From assembly GCA_965242865.1 (NCBI GenBank), contig CBDETK010000002.1, forward strand, positions 1 through 11,896: 11,896 nucleotides of DNA. The letters are read 5' to 3'. The notes beneath the pieces were generated by a model. The model was not told the DNA's origin. It ran no database searches and saw only the letters and a list, made by a program, of their open reading frames with translations. Origin of the DNA: Candidatus Latescibacterota bacterium. GTDB taxonomy: Bacteria > Latescibacterota > UBA2968 > UBA8231. A program made the position numbers and the translations under genes. Positions within the stretch are counted from its first letter, which is position 1. Every line of letters begins with the position of its first letter. Of this stretch, positions 1 to 3,908 are shown one piece after another.

Positions 1-1
1 G

Positions 2-199
2 GAGCAGCGCAACTTGGCGAATTGGTGCGAGAAGCAATGCGAGTCGGGTGCTCTGACGGTCGATGAGTTGGAGTTCGCGCAGGTGACAAACCTTATCGAC
101 GTGTCAAAGGCGGACCCGATCTTGCGGGGGAGCGCGGACCAGTTCGTCGCGGCCTTGAAGAAGGAGATCGACAAGAAAAAGGACGATCTGCCTTATTAG
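2..199 (+). CDS. 3' end of a phage protein truncated by the window edge; ends in DDLPY, like SSB/annealing-protein acidic tails
   Basis: Frame is open from position 2 to TAG at 197-199. The C-terminus KKKDDLPY resembles the DDIPF/DDLPF motif. Confidence 0.6.
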   Translation, partial: EQRNLANWCEKQCESGALTVDELEFAQVTNLIDVSKADPILRGSADQFVAALKKEIDKKKDDLPY

Positions 200-210
200 T
201 GTTGTACCCT

Positions 211-317
211 GCATCTCTCACGGGGTGAGTTGGGAGTGGATTGAAATACGGGGTGAGCTTGGGAGTGGATTCCCGTAGTATTTCTCAGCCAAGCGGCTGG
301 CCAGAGTGGATTGAAAC
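211..317 (+). CRISPR. CRISPR-like repeat locus 1 without regular spacers: repeat A (211-247), partial A copy (248-271), repeat B variant (278-317)
   Basis: GCATCTCTCACGGGGTGAGTTGGGAGTGGATTGAAAT, then ACGGGGTGAGCTTGGGAGTGGATT, then GTATTTCTCAGCCAAGCGGCTGGCCAGAGTGGATTGAAAC. The full units are hairpins followed by TGGATTGAAA(C/T). The RBS of the next gene follows directly. Confidence 0.75.
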
Positions 318-330
318 AAGGGAGGCTATC

Positions 331-1326
331 ATGGCCCGAAAGCAACGAAAGCAACATCGGTATGACATAGGCGCGGGGGGTGCGGCGGATGGGGCGACCT
401 TGCGTGCTCGTTGGAAGCTCGGCAGCATCACGGCGGCTATTCGTCAGGCGTTGGCGCGGTCGGTGGCGGACGACCCTCCGGTGGCGGATGTAGCGGCGCT
501 GGTGGCGGACGTAGAGTCGGCCAAAGAGGTTTTGTGGCGCGCGGTGCCCCCCGTGGGGCATGGGCGCGAGGCCCTCCTGCTGGCAGACCATTGTCGTATT
601 GCCGTCGCGGATCTGGTCGATTACAAACGTCGGCTCCAGGCTATTTCGAATTCGTATGCGAAGTTGGAGGCGGATCGCGACGGGTACAAGCGGTCGCTTG
701 CGGAGTGCGCTTCGGAGCGCGATGGGATGCAGGAGACCGTGCTCACCCTCCGGGCGGAGCGCGATGCGTTGCAGGAGGATGTGGCAACCCTTAGGGATCG
801 GATACGCGAGATGGAGGAGGTGCATCATAATACGGTGGAAGCGCAAACGGCGTTGCGGCGGGAGGCGCTGGCGACTCTCGTTGAGGCGGGGTTGTGCGAC
901 CGTGATACGATGCCGCTGCAGGCGGGTGTCAACCAAGCCAGAGACCGGTTCCACAGGGTGCGCGAGGATGTCAAAGCGCTGGAGGCCCATATAGACGCCT
1001 TGAAAGCGCGGGAGAAAGAGCGCAACGACCACTTCGAAAAGTCCCAGCGGGAGGCGGTGCAGGCTCTCGTAGAGGCGGGGTTGTGCGATGAGTGGAAGGC
1101 TGTCGATACGCTGAGCGCCAAAATAGCCCAAGCGGTGGAAAATTATCAGTGGTCTGTTACGAATTGGGGGCGTCTCCAGGACGACCGCGACCGTATCAAG
1201 CGACAGGCCGAACGGGACGTAGAAAGCGCCCGGGTGCGTTGGATGATGTGGACGTGTCTGTCCTTTGCGGCGGGCGCGTCGTTGGCGGTGCTGGCTCTGG
1301 TGGCGTTCGGGGGCTTTTGGCAGTAA
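331..1326 (+). CDS. Hypothetical coiled-coil protein with a C-terminal transmembrane anchor (331 aa)
   Basis: RBS AGGGAGG at 319-325 precedes ATG at 331; the track's TTG at 241 lies inside the repeats. Long E/R/A/L-rich heptad region, duplicated RE(A)xxxLVEAGLCD motif, hydrophobic tail WMMWTCLSFAAGASLAVLALVAFGGFW. Confidence 0.8.
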   Translation: MARKQRKQHRYDIGAGGAADGATLRARWKLGSITAAIRQALARSVADDPPVADVAALVADVESAKEVLWRAVPPVGHGREALLLADHCRIAVADLVDYKRRLQAISNSYAKLEADRDGYKRSLAECASERDGMQETVLTLRAERDALQEDVATLRDRIREMEEVHHNTVEAQTALRREALATLVEAGLCDRDTMPLQAGVNQARDRFHRVREDVKALEAHIDALKAREKERNDHFEKSQREAVQALVEAGLCDEWKAVDTLSAKIAQAVENYQWSVTNWGRLQDDRDRIKRQAERDVESARVRWMMWTCLSFAAGASLAVLALVAFGGFWQ

Positions 1327-1331
1327 AAACA

Positions 1332-1436
1332 GGGCGCGGCTTGGTGTGGGAACCGTTCCCAATCAGCGCGGCGTTTCGTCTCTCTAAAGGAGCCGGATTA
1401 TCCGCGTCGCGGTCTAAAGGTCACCGGGCCGCGCCC
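1332..1436 (+). other. Structured intergenic element (candidate cis-regulatory RNA or ncRNA)
   Basis: GGGCGCGGCTTGGTG (1332-1346) pairs with CACCGGGCCGCGCCC (1422-1436) over 15 bp with 2 G-U pairs. It encloses palindromes at 1347-1361, 1394-1404 and 1402-1412, and TCTAAAGG twice. Confidence 0.5.
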
Positions 1437-1457
1437 ACTAACCGAAGGAGAGGAATC

Positions 1458-1970
1458 ATGTTGTTGGATGAAAAGCAGTTGGAGGATTTGAAGCAGGAAC
1501 AAGCGGAGCACGAGGCGGAGCTGGCTCCGGTACGGGAACGGTTGCTCGAAGCCCGTGCGGAGTTGGCGGAGGCGTCGGAGGGGATCCGCACCCGTCGGGA
1601 CATGGAGCCGCGCCGTGCGGCGTTACCCTTTTTGTGTCGGCGCAACGAGTTGGAGTTGGAGTATGACCGCGTGAAAGCCCAGTTGGATCGGGTGGCCGTG
1701 AAGATCGATCTGGGCAGTAACCCGCATTTGTTCCCTCTCAGGCCGGACGAACCGGAACATTATATGCTCGTTTGGGAGACGACCCTCCACGAGCAGGTGT
1801 GGGTGCGGCGCGATGCGCCTATCGACGATCTGCCGCCCACGGTCCGCGAGAGTTTCCGAAATCGGCTATTAGATGAGGAGCAGAAACGCGAGGCGGCGGA
1901 GGGCCGCCCCACCTACCAGGCTACGAACTACTGGGCCGGCGAGGAGGAGGATGACGAAGATGAAGACTAA
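1458..1970 (+). CDS. Hypothetical acidic protein with N-terminal coiled coil (170 aa)
   Basis: RBS GAAGGAGAGG precedes ATG at 1458; the track's start at 1092 overlaps the upstream gene. Ends in the acidic tail EEEDDEDED. Confidence 0.8.
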   Translation: MLLDEKQLEDLKQEQAEHEAELAPVRERLLEARAELAEASEGIRTRRDMEPRRAALPFLCRRNELELEYDRVKAQLDRVAVKIDLGSNPHLFPLRPDEPEHYMLVWETTLHEQVWVRRDAPIDDLPPTVRESFRNRLLDEEQKREAAEGRPTYQATNYWAGEEEDDEDED

Positions 1971-2331
1971 GACCGAACAACCGTTCGCGCCTATGCGTAA
2001 GGGGCAGGTCATTGCGGTGGCTCGGGTCTGGTGGGACGAGGCGGAGGTGGTCTGGGGGTTTACGCTCGCCCGGGTGGTGCGTACCAATCGCGAGGGGTTT
2101 GTGACGCACTTCGTCTTGAGCACGCGGGACGGGTTCCCCGATGCAACGCCGCGCAAGGCGACCCAAGGCAACACGCTGGGCATTACCGCGTGTTATGATA
2201 TTGGGTGGGGCGCTCAGTCGGTGGGCGACCGCTTAGCGGGCGTCGTCTGGCCCAATCTCAAGGCGGCGCGGAAGGCGATCCGTGCGGCGTATGACGACCT
2301 GCCCCCACCGGAAAAAGGAGACCTAGCATGA
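1960..2331 (+). CDS. Hypothetical phage protein (~123 aa)
   Basis: GAGGAGGAGG at 1941-1950 precedes ATG at 1960 (alternative ATG at 1951). Overlaps the upstream stop, typical of translational coupling. Confidence 0.75.
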   Translation: MKTKTEQPFAPMRKGQVIAVARVWWDEAEVVWGFTLARVVRTNREGFVTHFVLSTRDGFPDATPRKATQGNTLGITACYDIGWGAQSVGDRLAGVVWPNLKAARKAIRAAYDDLPPPEKGDLA

Positions 2332-2402
2332 CCGAGCGCCGTAGCGTAGTAGCCTGTATCTCCCGCGGGCTGAGTCGGGAGTGGATTGAAACCGATGAGT
2401 AA
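2328..2402 (+). CDS. 24-aa micro-ORF (MTERRSVVACISRGLSREWIETDE) reading through repeat locus 2; leader peptide or gene remnant
   Basis: RBS AAAGGAG at 2314-2320, ATGA overlap with the upstream stop, and TAA at 2400-2402 just after the start of the HTH gene (ATGAGTAA). Confidence 0.4.
   Translation: MTERRSVVACISRGLSREWIETDE
2356..2392 (+). CRISPR. Solitary CRISPR-like repeat A (locus 2)
   Basis: GTATCTCCCGCGGGCTGAGTCGGGAGTGGATTGAAAC: 37 nt, perfect 6-bp stem CTCCCG/CGGGAG followed by TGGATTGAAAC. Confidence 0.8.
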
Positions 2403-2859
2403 GCCTACGCGCGGTCGGTCCCGCAGCCCCGTGTCCCGCGGCGAGCATGATGACCAGATACGGGCGTTGTATGAACGTGGCTACACCCACGCTGAGATCG
2501 CGGAGCGGGTTTGTTCAAACCGTACGACGGTCAGCTATCGGATCAAGGCGTTGGAGCTTACGCGGCCGGCGGGACCTCCCCGTCGGCCGCGCATCATCAC
2601 GAGGCGCGGGAAGTTGAAGTCTGGGGCCTACGACAAGGCCGCCTATGACCCACACAAACGCCTCGCGGCGGATATATTGGCTCCCTTGTGTGAGGTTGCG
2701 AAATACGAACCAGACAGCAACGAGGGACGTCTGGCGCGCACCCAACTGCGTTGGGCGATGGGTACTATCGAGTTGAACATCATTGGAGCGTGCATTACAA
2801 TACTGGATGTGGAGCGGCAAGTCGCTGAGTTACTAGACCCTGTATCTCCCGCGGGGTGA
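2395..2859 (+). CDS. Helix-turn-helix DNA-binding protein (154 aa)
   Basis: Motif DDQIRALYERGYTHAEIAERVCSNRTTVSYRIKAL. ATG lies 2 nt after repeat locus 2, and the last codons and stop lie inside repeat locus 3. Confidence 0.8.
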   Translation: MSKPTRGRSRSPVSRGEHDDQIRALYERGYTHAEIAERVCSNRTTVSYRIKALELTRPAGPPRRPRIITRRGKLKSGAYDKAAYDPHKRLAADILAPLCEVAKYEPDSNEGRLARTQLRWAMGTIELNIIGACITILDVERQVAELLDPVSPAG

Positions 2860-2952
2860 AATGGGAGTGGATTGAGTCGTATTTCTCTCTGATTTTTGGA
2901 GAGTGGATTGAAACTGTATAACGCTACTGGATGTGGAGCGGCAAGTCGCTGA
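2791..2952 (+). repeat. Direct repeat flanking repeat locus 3: identical 28-mer at 2801-2828 and 2925-2952 within ~38-45 nt of homology
   Basis: TACTGGATGTGGAGCGGCAAGTCGCTGA occurs twice, preceded by TGCATTACAA (2791-2800) and TGTATAACGC (2915-2924) respectively. Confidence 0.95.
2842..2914 (+). CRISPR. Spacer-less tandem CRISPR-like repeats A (2842-2878) + B (2879-2914), locus 3
   Basis: GTATCTCCCGCGGGGTGAAATGGGAGTGGATTGAGTC immediately followed by GTATTTCTCTCTGATTTTTGGAGAGTGGATTGAAAC. Confidence 0.8.
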
Positions 2953-2974
2953 AATTTTAACGAAGGAGGAGTAG

Positions 2975-3181
2975 ATGAACAAACCACTCAAACGAATGCT
3001 CGATCAGCACACCGCACGGGTTGGTGAGGCTATTCAGTCCCTCGAGGATAAGCTCGCCCAAGCCAAGGGGGCGGCCATGCGGTTAGAGCTCGAAAACGAA
3101 ACGCTACGCGAGAACAACAAACGGCTGACACAGCAACTTGAGGCGGCCCGACGCTACGGGCTAATGGCAGCCGATGAATAA
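2975..3181 (+). CDS. Small coiled-coil hypothetical protein (68 aa)
   Basis: Strong RBS GAAGGAGGAG; heptad pattern IQSLEDKLAQ...LELENETLRENNKRLTQQLE. Confidence 0.8.
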   Translation: MNKPLKRMLDQHTARVGEAIQSLEDKLAQAKGAAMRLELENETLRENNKRLTQQLEAARRYGLMAADE

Positions 3182-3509
3182 TCCGCACGTGTGGGTGCAA
3201 CATTACGACGGCATGGCCGGTCGTTTTTTCAAGCAATACGCCCACGGGCTATGCGCCCTGGTATCCCCGAAAGACCATGTTCACCGCGGGAAGAAAGGGC
3301 GGACGTGGTTTGCGCGTATCAGCCACGGGGCGGGGGGGGCGGTGCCCTATCGACGGGACCCCGATTCCAGTTGCGATGTCATATACCAATCGGGCTTTGA
3401 CACGCCGGAAGCGGCGATGTTGTGGGCGGATAATCAAGTAGCAGCGATCGACAACCTAATAACCAACCAACAACCCAACGGAGGAAGTGAAGATGAACGA
3501 GCAACATGA
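3174..3509 (+). CDS. Hypothetical phage protein (111 aa)
   Basis: 8-nt overlap (ATGAATAA) with the upstream gene. Contains a WFARI...GFDTPEAAMLWAD pattern of the kind seen in small phage accessory proteins. Confidence 0.75.
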   Translation: MNNPHVWVQHYDGMAGRFFKQYAHGLCALVSPKDHVHRGKKGRTWFARISHGAGGAVPYRRDPDSSCDVIYQSGFDTPEAAMLWADNQVAAIDNLITNQQPNGGSEDERAT

Positions 3510-3663
3510 AGCGATGCAGCAAGCGCAGGACGATGCCAAGATCGAGGCGACCCAAGAGGGCGTCCGCATGCAGAACGCGCACGGCGGCGAGCTGGTGATC
3601 AACGAAGGGCTGGTGATGTACCGAAAAGTGCTTTGGGCGTTGCCCGAGCGCAAGACGCCGTAG
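3493..3663 (+). CDS. Small hypothetical protein (56 aa, MNEQHEAMQQ...LPERKTP), not in the supplied ORF track
   Basis: GGAGG at 3480-3484, ATG at 3493, open frame to TAG at 3661-3663. Fills the gap before repeat locus 4. Confidence 0.7.
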   Translation: MNEQHEAMQQAQDDAKIEATQEGVRMQNAHGGELVINEGLVMYRKVLWALPERKTP

Positions 3664-3682
3664 CGTAGTAGCGTAGGACCCT

Positions 3683-3755
3683 GTATCTCCCGCGGGGTGA
3701 GTTGGGAGTGGATTGAGTAGTATTTCTCTCCAAATTTTGGAGAGTGGATTGAAAT
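3683..3755 (+). CRISPR. Spacer-less tandem CRISPR-like repeats A (3683-3719) + B (3720-3755), locus 4
   Basis: GTATCTCCCGCGGGGTGAGTTGGGAGTGGATTGAGTA immediately followed by GTATTTCTCTCCAAATTTTGGAGAGTGGATTGAAAT, whose stem CTCTCCAA/TTGGAGAG is a perfect 8 bp. Confidence 0.8.
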
Positions 3756-3812
3756 TGGAACAAGACGTGCTGGCGCGTGCCCTGCGGCGGCTATCGGATT
3801 GAACCCTCACCC

Positions 3813-3853
3813 CAACGCCCCTGTATCGCCTTCTGAGCGACGCAGGGGCGTTG
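3813..3853. terminator. Strong hairpin between convergent transcription units (possible terminator or RNA 3' stabiliser)
   Basis: CAACGCCCCTG (3813-3823) pairs with CAGGGGCGTTG (3843-3853), with an inner TCGC/GCGA stem. No U-tract on either strand. Confidence 0.45.
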
Positions 3854-3908
3854 CTATGCTATGACACCAGTGGGCGTCCCCCAGCGCGACACGGGGCATC
3901 CGGGGCGC

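Noticed and set aside
241-330. Track start at 241 (likewise 1092, 1873, 2386) for plus-strand genes
   Set aside because: These extensions run through repeats or upstream genes. Downstream ATGs at 331, 1458 and 1960 have clear RBSs, and 2395 is the first ATG after the repeat.
196-1362. 388-aa minus-strand ORF and other long overlapping ORFs (411-794, 560-994, 5817-6386, 8589-9299 and similar)
   Set aside because: Shadow frames of GC-rich genes with Arg/Pro/His-rich composition. The overlapped genes have better RBSs and operon context.
1347-1421. Hammerhead ribozyme on the minus strand (GAAAC and CTGAT motifs)
   Set aside because: The core reads CTGATTG rather than CTGANGA, I could not assemble the required stems, and the G-U pairs in the closing stem favour the plus strand.
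2801-2952. Target-site duplication of an IS/MITE or attL/attR pair
   Set aside because: The duplication is much longer than a typical TSD and has diverged edges. No terminal inverted repeats, transposase or integrase are present, and the other three loci lack such a duplication.
211-3755. Canonical CRISPR array or CRISPR-Cas locus
   Set aside because: Units are either fused without spacers or separated by 0.45-2 kb of genes, and no cas-like ORF is present in the window.
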